Shown: positions 39,549-54,542 of the stretch, piece after piece
Numbering within the stretch: position 1 is the first letter of the stretch
How the letters are laid out: every line of letters begins with the position of its first letter
Assembly: GCA_964057225.1 (NCBI GenBank)
Contig: OZ059895.1
Coordinates: 16,120,001 to 16,184,000 of the forward strand
Length of the DNA stretch: 64,000 bases
Source of the DNA: Auanema rhodensis
Lineage: Eukaryota; Animalia; Nematoda
Reading direction: 5' to 3'
Notes under the pieces: model-generated
Seen by the model: the letters and a program-made list of their open reading frames with translations, nothing else
What the model was told of the DNA's origin: nothing
Database searches by the model: none
Position numbers and translations under genes: made by a program

Positions 39549-39936
39549 ATTGTTGTTAAAATACTGCTAGCTTGACAAAAACTAATGGAATTGTCTCATA
39601 AAAGCATTCTTAATTAAAAAAATTAATATAAATACATCAATTAAAAATTAAAATAGCTTAAAAAAGCCTGAGAAATTTCAATCAGAATGATGCGTGAGAA
39701 CAAAAACGTAGGCAACATGTTTGATTGACTGCTGCAGCTTCTCTGAGCCACGTATAACATTTTGAAGCTGACGAACATTCCGTATTTTAAAAAGATGATA
39801 ACTATTATTATTTTTAAACTTAAATTTGTACATTTAATTAAGTTTTTATATGCTAATAATATACTCAGCTTCATTTTTTTTTCATATTTTACTTTTTCCA
39901 TGTTTTTAGACGCATGATCATCATAATACACCCAAC
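39549..39936. promoter_or_regulatory. Short divergent (bidirectional) promoter region between unc-101 and lpd-3
   Basis: 388 bp between head-to-head ATGs, with a more GC-balanced core at about 39685-39785 and AT-rich flanks. Confidence 0.6.
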
Positions 39937-42900
39937 ATGAATCATACGGTCACGTTTGAAAATCCGTTCGATAAAACATCACAGATTTCTTGGCTTTTTC
40001 TAGTAGCTCCTTTGATTTTTGTTGTATGGGTAACATTTTTAACGTTTTATCTTTCACGGGTTGTAGGATTATGTATATCTTTTTTATTAAACAGGTTAGT
40101 CATATCCTTTGAATCGCTTTACAATGTTCGCTAATAATGTAGATACTTACGATTAACAAAGACAGCTGGCCATATAAAGGTTGGAAGTCTTTCTATATCT
40201 CTTTTAGGTGGAAAGGTCATGTTTAGAGAAGTACTTTATCATTTTACTATGTGCCTTATCAGTTGTTTTAGTTGGTTTTTGCAAATGATGATTATTCTAT
40301 CCGTATAAATGATGGATGGCTTATTTTTTCATATTGGAAAAATGTTCCCAAAACTGTTAATTTTCATGAGTATGTTTGACAGTCAATAGTGTATGAGAAT
40401 TCAACATTATAGTCCTACTTCGCGTTTCCATGTATCATTAAACGGATTACAAATTCATTGGTATAATCGCGTGAATCAATACAAAGAGATAGCTAAATTA
40501 TTCCGCTTTGAACACTTCTTTCGTAACGAGGAGTTTAGAAGAACAGTACCTGCTAATGCGTAGGTTTCATTTTCAAACAATTAGGTCTTTTCGTTGAATT
40601 TTTAGTCAACTGGAGTCTAGTAAAACATGGAACCGACTATGGGCACTGGTTGGTGTTATCAAATTAGATATATGGTCAGGAAGGGTGGTAATAGGAAACA
40701 AAATTTTGCCATATATGTTTGTTTTCTCATGGGAAAATATGTCAAGTTTGTAGAATTTTTCGATTTTTTCTTTGAAGAAAAGTCTAGGCAAAATCCAACT
40801 TGAACCATCATCTGCTGATAAAGCATTGTTACGTGTAGAAGGACAAATGGAAAGCATTCGTGTGTCACTTTTGAAACATCCAGATTATGAGGGACCTCCA
40901 TATAAGGTAGACAAATGTAAAAGAGAAAAACATCTGAAATTTTAAATCTTAAAGGATCCACCGAGAACTATGGGCGATGGCTTTGCGGTCATGCAGAGTG
41001 CACATCTAACATTCTTCTATCACCAGGATATTCTTGGTAATGAGCGTTGAAATTAGAAAAAGTTGAAACATTTATGGTTTAAGGTTATGTTACTGATGAT
41101 CAACAGTCTGCAAATAAAAAAGATGCGCCTGTTTGGGAATCAATTTTCCGATTTGGTTCTAATACCGTAATAGGGTACGGCCCGTGGGTGGAACAGCAAC
41201 GAGCTCTTATATACAGTTTCTTCTTTCCACCTGATTATCAGGTATTCAAACATTGAAAAATATATTTTATGAAAAAAATTGATATAGACTGCTGCGGTCT
41301 CCGTTTTACCAAATCGAGGGTCTCGTCGAATTAATATAATACACGATTGTCGTATCTCTTTTTTAAAAGAAACCGCGATTGATGTTTGGTTTATGCGGGG
41401 CGAACAACTTGAAAGTGTGCATACAAGATGCCAACCAGGAAGTTCTGCTGACGTACGATTAAAGAAACAAATTTTAAAGTGTATTTTCCAAATTCAGATT
41501 TCTATCTGGTGGATAACGAAGGAAGATGGATATAGCTGGTCTTGTCAAATTAATCTTCTGAAAGTAGTCAGTACAACATCTCTGGTATATAGAAAGCTTT
41601 TTGAGTGTGAGACCTTCCGAGTTGAAGGAAATTTCCATTATCCACGGGTATAGAGCTCTTAGACTACCAATTTCTTCATTGTTACTAGCTTTTAAGGTTT
41701 ATAACGGGAAACAAACTTGGACATTCGATTATTATATTTCCAAAGCAACTGCTTGGTTTGTATGGGATCATAAACGATTTTTTAGTGTAAGTTAGGCTTT
41801 GCTTACTCCCCACTTCCATCACTGAATTTTGATTATTTGAATATTTTTTTAAGGATTTGATTAATGAATGGGTTGGAGATGCTCCATCTGATGTTCTTAC
41901 TTTTGTACCGTATACGGTAGCTAATGAGGTCAAAGTGACAGATAGCTTTGAGGTTTTTGAACTTTTAGCAAAATTTCTTTAGTTAATATTTGTTTTTTAT
42001 AGTTTATATTATTATTGAATGATAGTAATTGGGTTGATCCTTCTGAAAAATTATCAGAGAATGTTGAATGCGCAATAGTTGGGGAAAAACTAAGCTTATG
42101 TAACTTGCAAGTTTCTTCAAATTATTTGATTTTGCTTTTTCAGCTTTTATGTATTCATTTACTGATTTTCTCCCAGATACATTTAATGTATCTTACACTC
42201 TAATCGGAGAAAACGATATGGCCATGAGATTTAAGGTAAGGTTTTGCAAAAGTACCTGTTGACCTCTTATTACCGTATACCTACAGTATCCCACCAATAG
42301 TGCCACCTCCTCGGTACTGTCTGCGTTATTGCGAGCAGCTAAAACAACATCAAATGCAAATGCTTCTTCATATGGATCAGTATCTAAATCGGTTTGTTTT
42401 TTGAAACATCGGAGTTCATGTTCAAATGTTCAGGATGGATGGTTTGAATCATGGAGAACGGAGAGAATTTCTTGTGTTTTTGATTACAAATATCATCCCA
42501 TCATATCTGAGTTCAAACCAACTTTGCCATATGATGTGTACAAAGGTTGGATGCCTTCAAAGATTGATAATCCTTTCGATGTAAGTTGTCTAAGATAATA
42601 TGAAGATTCAATTGAATATTCTACAGTTACCTGTGGATTTCCTTAATGTGGTCGTCGATATTGAAGGATCTGAAGTGATGTTCACTGGTTTGCTCATTCG
42701 ATTCCTCATTGATTTAAAGAATAATTATTTCGGTTATTATGATTCAGTAAGTATTTTACGATATGAATGTTCTATATCCGCTACTTTTTTAGATGACCAG
42801 TATTGAATGTGTTGAAGCTGAATCTGTTAATAATATTTCAATGTTCAATCGGGTACCCCCGAATGCAGCTGCTGAGCTTTATCGGCCTATGGATGTAGAA

Positions 42901-45900
42901 TTTGAACTAAGAGTTCACAACATCCGAGCTCAATGCCTAGTTCATTCTTCAGCAGCTGAAGGTATGCAATGCTGTGTCTGCTGCTTCAAAGAAAAACTAT
43001 TTGCAGAACCTTGCCCAGTAATTTATACAGAAGAAATAGCTGTTGAGATCAAGAAAAACTGTAAAGAAACGTTTATCCAAGTGGGTGTTGGACCCTGTGC
43101 TGCTCACTTTGAACGTTCATCATCTACACAATCTGATGGATTTTTGACATTGAGTGGATTACAATTCCGGTAAAATATCTTGCTTTATGTCTTTAATATA
43201 TTTTTCTCTTTAAAGTGGTCATGCAATGTTTTCGTCTGTTGATGTTCCTTGGGATATGTTTATATTAGAATATGGATGGATTATGGAAATATTGATAGGA
43301 GATATATCAGGAAGTTTAAACTTCCCAAATCATGTAAATCAACTTATAAATATACTTATATTATTTGTATTTTAGCTTGTTGTTTTGGAACAAGTGGTAG
43401 AAAATTTGATTACAATGGCTTTATCCAAAGATGATGCTATGATTGTTCCAAATCGATTTAATATCTGTCAGCATGGGCAACTTGTAACATGCTGTAAGAA
43501 ATCTAAACATTCCAAAGAATTATGTGACGGTGAAGAGAAGTAATCACTTATACTCTTGTACTATTTTGATTTCTTGTTTTACAGATTCAAATATCGTCAA
43601 TTACGATTATCCGTTGATAGTGTAACTTTGGCTTTGTGTGAAGAAAAAACTATCATTGAAGTAAGTATTATTGTTTTTTAGATTTTGTTTATGTTTATTC
43701 GAAGATTTCTACTGATCCTATACGATTCACACTATGTAATTTACATGAAGCTCGTTTTGCTGAGCATTTGTGCATACGAATTCCAAATATATCTGTGAAG
43801 CAGAGTAAGCACTGTAATCATTTCGTGTTAATCGTTTTCATTCAGTTCTTCTTCATCATGAACCATCTCCAGTATGGCTGTTAGTTAGTAAACTAGTGAT
43901 TGATGGAGTTGAGTTAGATCTGGAGGTAATGTTCTAGATACTGATTCTTGTTTCATATTATCATTTTGTAGTTACCTTGTGATGAAGGAGACATACCTCA
44001 AGAGCTAAGTAGAGCAAGATACGATTTCCTGCGGAAACATGATGAGAAAAGCCATAGGCTGCCATTTATTTGGAACGATCGAACTGCTTGGGCTTGTGCT
44101 TGTAATGGAGGAACATACTTCTTCGGTGAAACAGACACCATGTAAGTAATTTTTACAATATATGTTCTAAAATTGGAATTCTAGAGGAAAAGACTTTCTA
44201 AATACTGATACGAAGTTATGTTTACCAGATATGATTAGTAATGGTCAGCCAGGAGTTCTTCAAGATCTTCTTCGTCCAACTGAGATGTAAGTCATTGTTT
44301 TCTTGTATAGTTTGGAAGATTCTGTTTAGGATGCTTCGTAATGAATCTCATTATATATATGGCCGATCCAGAGGTGGTCATAGAAAGGATAGTACTGATG
44401 TAATGCTCTTGTTTCTAATCAGAACACCAATATTTCATCTTTTTAGTCTTTCAAAGTATCGGCTGTATCTTCTTTGGATACAGCATCATTTCATTCAACT
44501 GTATCTCAGCAGTGTGATGAAGCAGCACATCAGACAGCCACATTATTCAGTACATACGCTGGTTATTTAGCTAGAGTTGAGGTTTTGAAAAAAGGTATTT
44601 TCTTTTTAAAATATCATGAAATTCACCAAATCCGATTGTAGATGCAGAACCTCCGAAATTCGGAGAACCGGGTGATGTAGCTTTATGGGTTCAACGACGT
44701 GTTCTTTGGCTAAATATGGTAGATTGTTCTGATTATTTTAATTAGTTCATTTTATTTTCAGATGGCTGATGGTGTAGATACAGTTAAGATGAAATCAAAT
44801 ATTAAACATGCGGATAAATCTCCAATTGAAAGAAAACTCAAAATTACGAATGAACGAAAACTTTCTATTATTGGAACTGTAGCAAAATCTATTGATGTAA
44901 GTAGACATATCATTCATTTTCTTTTGATTGGATAATTTAAGATATTCTTATCCCCTCTATCATTCGAAGCTACTGACATTATTGTTAACAACTGTATTGA
45001 CTTTTTGCCTCAAATTCATCCAATCGTTCTGTTACTCTCAGCATATCGTGACTGCTTGTTAAGTAGCCATAAACAGCCTTTAACGAACGTACTTTTCCAG
45101 TCTTCTGGTTTGTTTATAATCGTTTGATATATTCAATACTGAATGTTTAGATCAAGAAGTTCCTATAACCGTAGATATTGAGGTTGAACTTCCCAAAATT
45201 CATATGTCAATGTTCCAAGTAAGCCCAATAAGTTCAAAAACGTTTTTATAAGTTTGTTCAATCCAGTGTGGTGTTCATGATCTTCATCCAAAGCCTTCAA
45301 CTGAAGGGAAACGAATGTCACCCGTTTCCACTAATTTGATCTTTGGATTAGTGCATGGAGGTAGTATTAGTACCAAATCAGTTACATTTGGGGTTAGATA
45401 AGTTTTCCTGATGAATTAGATAAATTGAATTTATTTTAGGGTGGACATGCTACTAATTATGTTCTGGATTGTTCTGCTATATCTTTCCAACTTCTGCAGC
45501 TGTTGCCTGTGAATGATTATGATTTGCGAACAGATTTTTCAAGAGTTCAAACTCTTGCCTTGGTAATTAGTGATTTCAGATTTATCTGAGATACAATTCT
45601 TTTCAGGTTGATTGGAAGAATTCACCTGTTGCTAGAAGAATTCACAACAAATATCTGTCATTGGTTCTGGACTTTGGAGTTCCCGATATCATCATTTCTT
45701 TTGAGAAACAAGGAAAGATTATTAATAAGTGGGATACTTCTAAACTTCTTTTTTAATTCCTATTTGTAGTTCAAGAAGCCATCATTCCGTGTTGTCTAAT
45801 CAATCTCCTTATTCCAAAATACCTGAAGATAAGGCTAAGGTTTTTATTTTCGTGAAAGAATACTTATATTTTGGTAACTTCAGATCGAATTCGGTTTGAT

Positions 45901-48900
45901 CAAAGCTTTGGTTACTATGCCAAAGCCTTTAGAACGAACATCTAAATATGAATTTCCTATATATGATGTTCTTGCTCCAGCTATCAATTCATTGCTTGGA
46001 TATGCATGCAAATTGAATAGAAGTGTAACCCGTTTATCAGAGATGATGGAAGTGTGGAAAGATATTTCGATGATTCGAATTATGAAACTTGGTCTTGAAT
46101 GCACTGATGAGGATGTATTAGGTGGTCGAATCAAGAACATCATGGAACCAGCAAAGGTGAGGATCGAACTTAGCAGACTTTGTACAAAATAATCATTCAG
46201 TTGTTTGGAAAACATCAAGCAAGTTGCCCGAACTGTCTTCTTCTGCATATTCTTCTCAGGTAAGTTATTCACTGACATATTCGAATTGAATATCATTCTC
46301 GATAGGTGGTGTTCACTTCCTTCTTCTCAACCAGTTTGCGTTCCTCTCACTTCATATAAGGAATTTAAAGATAGCAAGAACAGAAAAGTTGCCTTACAAG
46401 CTTTACTGAGTCATTGGCAGACAGATATTTGTCGCTTAGTGAAACTTGCATCAACAACTGAGGCTATGAAATACAAAGTCGAGATTGGAGACGAAAAAAG
46501 ATATGATGTAAGAATCCAAGTTGACCATCCAAAGGAACATAGAAGAACTGGAAGTGGAATCAGTCGAGTAAGTTACAACTATTCTGGTGTTAAGCTTTCC
46601 TATAATCTTTAAGACTTTGGTTTCTTCTCAGAACGAGGGGTCCAGTAATAACAGCCAGCTTAATCCAGTTAAAAAGTCGGGCGAAACGGAATCGAAAAGT
46701 AGAAATCTCAGTCTGTTAAATTAGATTCTTGTTTATCTTTGCAGATAATCTGTATCAATGGCTCATGAATGCACATAGAGAACGAAATGAGCGTAAAGAA
46801 GGCAAGAATTTGGGAGATGTTGATAAGGATTACGTGAATCCTATGGATATCATGCCAAAAGCATTTTTCTATCCCTTCTACATGGTCGGTACTTCAATTA
46901 AACATTGATTCACTTACTTGCTTTAGGCGTATAAGCTAGAATATACTCCACTGGATGCATCACCTTTCAAGAAACTGAGAATAGCTTACTCACTCAATAT
47001 ACATGAAATTTACGTGGATTTATTGGAACCAAAGTAGTTTTGCTTTTGTTTTCCAGCATTTAACCACTGATTACAGAACAATCACCTCTAGCTCATGCGC
47101 TAGTGAATTTTCTACTGTATCTGTCCATCATTTAATGCAAGTCAAATTATTATCATTAAATGGAGATTTTACCTGGAGAGTTGATATGGATTCACGGAAT
47201 TTAATTCCTTTAGTTGCCAAAGTGAGTTCTAATGCAACCGCTTTCCACGTCAATCCAAATCTAATATGACGTGTAACACGTCATACGAGATGCACTGTTT
47301 TTTTAAAAATATGCTAATTTCTTTCAGGCTAGTCTCAATTATCGAGGAACTGTTGAAGATGTTCAATTTGTTGTCGCACTGTCTTCCATTTGCTTAGCTA
47401 AGGAAATATTTTTGGTAGTTCAAGCCGCTGGTGATACATTGAGTAATATTCAACAAGAACATCTGGAACAAGAACGACAATCAAGAAAAAATGTACTACG
47501 CATCTTCATAATAATCATTGTTTTATATATTTTTTTTCAGTCACCGACAGGGACTCAATCTTTGAAAGAAGGAACTGAAGCTGTTCAGACATGGGAAGAC
47601 AGGGTTCTTGAGTTGTCAAATGATTTTGAAAAGAGTGCTACCAGATGTGGCGACATTGTTCATGGAACAGTATGTTTATACTAATTTTAGGGTTCACATA
47701 ACAAATTTTAGATTCTAACTTCTGTTCATGGAGCTCTAAATATAGATGCGGTTAAGCTGGAATCTCAGCTCACTGATTTATACATTTCTTTCGATATGAG
47801 AACGATTGAACTAACTCAACAACATAATCCCAGCAATAACCGAGGGGCAACACAAGCTCAAGAAGTTGATATACTAAAGCTGTCTCTTCGGTTAGGAATA
47901 TTTGTTAATATTCTCAGTGTGTATAAGCCGCTTTTTCAGAAAAGCAAAATTGAATATCCGTGAAGCTATATTAACAAATGGAAAAATGAATGAGTGCAAA
48001 CCAATTTTACATTGTGGTTTGAAAGAAAGTTCTGCAAAGCTGGATAGGTAAAGCATATTAAAAGTTTTTTATTATTAATCATTGTCCACATAGGAAACTG
48101 ACAGCTATTATTGATAAAGATACAAAGAGTGATACGTCATTACATATATCGTTGGGAGCCATTGAAGGAGAATTACCGATGGTAGCTCGTAGTCTGCATG
48201 ATGTTGTAATGCGACATGGTCCTGAGTTGGAACAGCAGTTTAACCGGCTTAGCGCTCAACCACATGCTCACTCCACTAGTGAATCTTTATTGGTAAAATT
48301 GATCAAGCATACTAGACAAAGTATATAATTATAGAAGGTTCAACCAGTAGGCACACCTAGTGGTGAATGGGCTCCATCTACTGATCGTGTACTAATGACA
48401 AGTAGACCACCAATCGCTAGAGTGAGTTTTTGATTATTTTGAATGTATTTAGCTATTTTTTAAGGTTTCGTTCCAAATTTCTCTAGAAAGCATAGAATTG
48501 AAGGCTCAATTACTACCTAGTCTTCTAGCTATGTACAAACTTCGCAAAGCTTCAAGCACTGGTGAAACTGGTAATAGAAACTTCTCAAATTCTTTCTCTA
48601 CTTACTTATACAGGTGCTGAAGCAAAATGGACGGCTGCTATTGAAGATCATCATGCGGAATTCTATGTTTCCTTAGATGATAAGTCCAGTGACAACTTTA
48701 CTCTAGCTCTTCCGTCTGTTTCTGTAAAAGGACAATATCTCGGTGAAGAAAAATGTGTCGGAGGGTAAGAATAGTTGCATTTAATCTTGAAAATGATTTT
48801 ATCATGTTTAGAGGAAATACAGCTCCTACTACTGACAAACAGCTACGGTACAGAAAGGGTGGATACTTGAAGATGGAAGTCCTTCTTGGTTAGTTATGTA

Positions 48901-51900
48901 ATTACGATTCATTTTATTTTTGAAAACTTCAGGTCAAGTAAATCATTCATTCACTACTGATCTCCTGAATCATATACTGTTTGCTGAACAATCCTTTAGA
49001 TCTGAGTTATCTGCCTTAATTCAACGTTTGGGTCCACAAACACCATCTTATCCTGAAACTTCAATTACCCCAAGTTCTACTGAGAATAAGAACTTACTCT
49101 TTTTCTTGACGGCTAGTTTACGGTGTCATTCCTTTTTCCTATTGTTGCAATTTTAGGTTAAAGGACAAGGAGTTCCTTGGTTCCAACTCACAGCTGCAAC
49201 TCCTTCATCAACGGCAGTTCGTTTCACGATTGATAGTTTAGAAACTGAATTAACAAATCGATGGGTATGATATTCGACAAGGTTAATAAAAGATTTTTTA
49301 CTTTCTTCAGGTTGTTAAAGAAGAAGGCTCAACTAGAGAACGTCTATTTGGAGCTGCTGTTATACAATTCAATGCTAAACTAGGCCAACTAGTAAAAGCT
49401 GCCCAATATGAAGAAATTCCAGCCGAACTTCAAGAATATGCTACATTCATGACTCAAGTAACTTTCATTTAAATGTTGGATCTAGAAAATATCCTCTATT
49501 CTAGATTCGAATTGAAAACAAGGAAAGTTCAAAGCAAACATATTCCTATCATATTTCGTTGAATCGTCCTTTCTTAATGTTGAAAGCCAGTGCTATTGAT
49601 AAGGTTAACAATTTCATATTTCAATCTTCAAATAATTTTGGTTGTAGGGCATATTACTTTGGTTGAATTATAAAAATACTTATGATTATTGGAGAGCAGA
49701 GAGATCTAAGTTTGAAAGACAATCATCCACAAAACGGAACAGTTTACCGCACGCTATGTTTTCTCCACAACAGTCTCAAGTTGAAGCTTTAAACCTTGTC
49801 TATGTAATTCATTCATATTCAGGATTTCGATATAAATCTTTCGCTTTCTATCAATAATGGAATGTACGTATGTATGCCTTTGATTAGTAGTGATGTGACT
49901 GAAGGAATGCCAGCTCTTGTTCTTTCACTGCAGGTTAATTAAGTTTCTTGAAATTGTTCCTAAGCTTATTACATTTCAGAGATCTGATGTAACAGTTACA
50001 ATTAGGAAAGAATTAGTTTGTCAAGCACAGTTCCATGGATTCAAATTGAATTTCATCGATAACTTTGATGAACGATCTTTATCTAGTGTTCATGAAAATC
50101 GAGGAGATTCAAATTTCTTCTTCTTCCCACAAGGTTCATATCAACTATGTTCAAAGGTATTGTGATATTCATATTTTCTTGGTTCTGAAAATTTCGCTTA
50201 AGGCTTCTAATGAATCTGGAGATGCCCAATGGATTTTGAGTGTTAGATCTCGAATGAGGGGAATGATTATCGACTTAGATCATAGAATCGGTTAGTTTTT
50301 TTTTATTAAAATTTAGAAATGTTCTCTAATTTTGAAGGAAAATTAACAAAAATGTTGGTAAATACTCTATCGTCTCTTGGAGAAGATGATGAAAGTTATA
50401 TCGAAGACTTCCATTCTGATTACATCCCGGGTACAGAAGAACAATTGGTTTGTCCACTAGTTTCTACGTAATATTGCTTTGAAATTGCTTCAGATTGAAG
50501 GTGGAGCTGAGCTTTCTCGCATGGCTCCAGAGGATCGAATTCGTTGGCTTGAAAGAAAGGTACTGTAGCTTTTGTGAAATTAATTGGCTGATGTTCATAT
50601 TCTGTAGATGCATGAGCAATCTAAAAAGGTGTCAGACTTGATGATGAAAAAGATGGGAGAAAAGGAATTGGAATTAGAACGAAGAAAACTCCGACAGTAT
50701 GAGCTTATTCGATTCAAAGAATTCCGAAGAACAATGATTGAAAAGTTACGCCGAAAGAATGACAGAGGAAAGCGAGCTAGTGTAAGTCTGCTGTCAGTAT
50801 CTTCGCTTTTTTATTTTAATATAGGCTACCTCCGAAGCTCTGGGAGTTCCTTCTCGGGTTCCTTCAAGTGCGAGAGAATCATCTGATTACGATCATATGA
50901 AAAGCAGACCACAGGATACCGTCAATATGCACATAGATGTTCAAGTATGAATGTAACTCTTTACTATATTTGGAATGTTCTCATTTTTAGGTAAGCATTG
51001 AGACTGGTACTTGTACCCTAAAGACTGCTCCAAAACCTGATCCAGCTCCTAATACGCTCATGGTCAAACGACCATCTGCTCGAGATCTTCGTGCTAAAAA
51101 CATTGGAAATCCGCCTGCTTCATTCACTAAATTCAGTATTCCGAGGTATAATGAAACACAGCAGCCTAGCTTAATAACATAAGTTTTTTCAGTGTTGATC
51201 TGAAGGCGTATTATGTTTCGACTGACAGCGCTGATAATCCAATTGGTTTATCTTTCCCAATACCCAGAAAACTGTCAGCTCAGCCTTCTAATGCCAATGA
51301 GGTTTTTACAATATATGAAAAATAGTTTTATCTGGAGGTTTTACAGAAAACTGTGAAGCGTGGTTGCATATATCTAGCAGTTGCACTTTCATCCATGCCT
51401 TCAGAAACTGTGGTGACACCTCATTTGGCTGACTATGTTGAACAAGTTCTCGAGCCTCTTCCCGTTTTCACAGAGATGAGAGCAGAATCTATGGAATCTT
51501 TGGGTGATTCTCCTGAAACAATGAACAACATCGTTGGAATTGACACCAGTGTCCTTCCCATAGATGTTTTATTCTATCTTACAGTCCAAAGTAGTACAAT
51601 CCGATTTGATGGACAACAGCAAGTATGTTGCATTCATTCCCACTGTATGTTTCATTTCTCTGTTTAGAAAAGCTCTGCTGCTGATTGTCTATTGAAATTA
51701 CCTTGTCTCACCCTGATGGCTTCAACTAGAAGAACAGAAGGTGATGAATATCTTGGTGGAGTTGATATATCTGTAACTCTTAGTGCTTTTTCACTCAGCA
51801 TTTACAGTCCTCATCAGGTATTCATTGTCATTTTTTTCACATGTATACTTATTACAACTTTCAGCAATCAACTTCCCGTGATGCTCTAGCTGTGACCTTG

Positions 51901-54542
51901 GATCATTTATCTTTGGTCATTTCAAGAAGTAAAAATGCTTCGAGTGAACCTGATAATCGTGTTCGAGTAAGAATCAAAAGAGTTTTTTGTCTAGATGATA
52001 ACATGTTTAGTTTGTTCTGACATCCAATATTGGAGCTGCTAACTTCACTTATGACATCTGGAGACTAAGTGAGCTTCTTCAATTCCCAAAGGTTTGCAAT
52101 CTATTACTACTACTTCAACTGATCTCCTGTTATAGCCTTGGTATCGACGTGCTATTGCCCGTAGAATATTCTTCGGAGATCAGGCAGCTCCTGGAAGAGA
52201 TAACGCTCCCAGCAGGCCATCAACAATCGCCAGTCAAAATCTTGCTCCGTACGTTATTTTTGCTTGAAATATCTGCAAAGAGATTGTTTAAGTCAAAGAC
52301 CAGCAATTCAAGAAAAGCCGTGGTATGCTTCTGTACTTCTCGCTATCCAATGGAAAGAGCTCAATGTAAATGGACAGATGTCCAATACTATGGGAAGTAC
52401 AAGCTGGAAAGCTCGCAAAGGCTTGCTTCGTTCATATGCAAAGGTTAGAATAATTGAATCTTTCAATGTTATTAACTGGTGATTTTCAAGCTGAACTCAC
52501 GTCATGAACGAGATATTACCGTAACGTTCCTTCTGGATTCAAGTGAATTAACAGCTCATGGTGGAGCTATTAGTGGTGAGATTGGAATATCTCAGCTTAT
52601 TCTTTCTGCCACCCATAAACGAGTTGAAAGAGTATGTGAATCTGCCTGTGCCCTTGTCTTTACTCTATACGTTTTAGAGTATTCCTAGAAATAAGATTCA
52701 TTTCGAATTATTATCACTTGGTACAAGAATTGAATGGATGAGTAGAGCTGTCCTTATTGGTCGTATTGAACGTCCTCGTATAATACTTGGTGATGATATC
52801 ATTGAATCAGATCGTACAGGCAATGTTAGTTTTTTTTATCTTCAAAGCTCATCTGGCTATAAGCTTATGCAGGGAAATCAAGTTGCTGTACTCTTGAACA
52901 TAAATGGATCGTGGAGTGATTTACAAATAGTGATCAATAAGAATACAATTGATGATTTTTTGAAAATCATTAACAAGTTACAAACATTTTTCCATGTAAG
53001 TTTATGTTATAATCTTCAAATTATCTTTATATTGTGTTTAGGAACAACTTCGAAGTTCTCGTAGTGCTTGGCTATTCTCAGATACTGAAGATGCAGGAAT
53101 ATTCTCACATCCTAAAGAAAAAGCAGATGATGTCTGTGATGCTGAAAAGGAAAGCTTCTTCACTGATCATTGGGAGAAGGTAGATTCGATATTCGCATTG
53201 TATACCTCTATACCGAATTGCTATGTAATAGGTTCTCGATTTGGTTACTGAGATTCAATATAATTTGAAATTGATTCCTCTTCCAATGAATGGAGAAACT
53301 ATTGTTGGAGGAACTGTTCAACTTGATGCTGGATGTCTATCACTGGCTTGTATGCATGGTGAAATGAATGCTAACAGGTACACATTATAATCCTTGTCAG
53401 GGGTGAACTAATAGTACTTCCAGTTGGGCTGTTTTCCATCTTAGAGAGCTTTCAATTCTTTTCAAGCCGAATGCCCAATTCCAGTATGTCGACAAAGACA
53501 CGAAGTCTTTGGGTAAGTAAGTTCAGTAAATCGTTTACACTCGCATGCTTTTAGGAGTTGCTGTTCGTCAAAAACTTATTATTAGCTTGGGAGAGTATTC
53601 CGAGGCTAATAGAGAAAAAACAGAAAATATGGCAAATGTATGCCGTGTTCAGGTTTAATCACAAGTTTTATTCCATTTGGAACATTGTTTTTTCTAGCAA
53701 ACAAGAAATGTATTACGTCAAAATTCAAGTATTGGAGCATCTCTCGATTATATTATCGGTGATGTACTGAGGGTTATCAAGTTGTCTGGAAATAATACAC
53801 CCGTATGCTCTTCCAATGAAGCTTTATTAATAGTTCACGCAATTTTTAGACTGGGCCAGCTAGCTCGAAATCACAGTATAATGTCCTAGAATTGTTCCAA
53901 TTCCCTGCTTTAAAAGCTATTCTGTCTTCATTACAGTGTAATGAATGCGAATTATCAATCGAAGTTCCTTATAAACCCGAGGTAATAAACTATTTCTAGC
54001 GAAGTTCGACGTTTTACTCTTTACAGGTTTTATCTTCATTCGTTTGCGAGTTTTATAATTTGGTATATGTGCAAACAGATTTTAGTGCACAAGTTAGCTT
54101 TTTGCCGGACTTACTTAAAAGTTACATAAATGCAAGTGTAAGTCGAAAAATATCAAAAATTCCAAACATCTCCATCTCTTCAGGCTAATCCGAATGTTAC
54201 TGAACCTGAACAAAAGCGAAAGAAATATGATAATAGAGATTACAAGTGTGAAAATTGGGAAGTAAATCCTAAAATAGGTTTCATTGATCGCACGAAATGG
54301 AATCCGCCACTCGTAGATGATATATTGAGAAAATTACAGGTGAATACACATCATGTGAAGCTCGGAAACAGCTAAGTATTTAGATTTTTGATCATCGGAC
54401 AACTATTCCAAAAGCTCTTCAAAGAGCAGTACTAGATCCATTAGATGCTACTCTAGCTATTGGAATAAATCAAATGCTCAAGTTAGTACATAGAGGTGCT
54501 GAAGAAGATAATACAGTAACTTTCCGAAGTGATAATAGGTAA
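39937..54542 (+). CDS. lpd-3: Bridge-like lipid transfer protein 1 (BLTP1/KIAA1109/Tweek/Csf1 family), about 84 exons, roughly 3600 aa
   Basis: N-terminal TM followed by YLSRVVG..GSLSISLLGGKVMFRE..YSIRINDGW; GYGPWVEQQR..FFPPDY; LSGLQFRGHAMFS; LPIDVLFYLTVQSSTIRFDG; WKELNVNGQMSNTMG; C-terminal DYKCENWEVNPKI..VDDILRKLQIFDHRTTIPKALQRAVLDPLD. Stop TAA at 54540-54542. A short upstream coding exon near 39687 is possible. Confidence 0.93.

Noticed and set aside
39914-39940. Out-of-frame uORF overlapping the lpd-3 ATG (ATGA)
   Set aside because: The main frame is open back to the acceptor at 39909 and an upstream coding exon near 39687 fits in phase, so the true start is uncertain.
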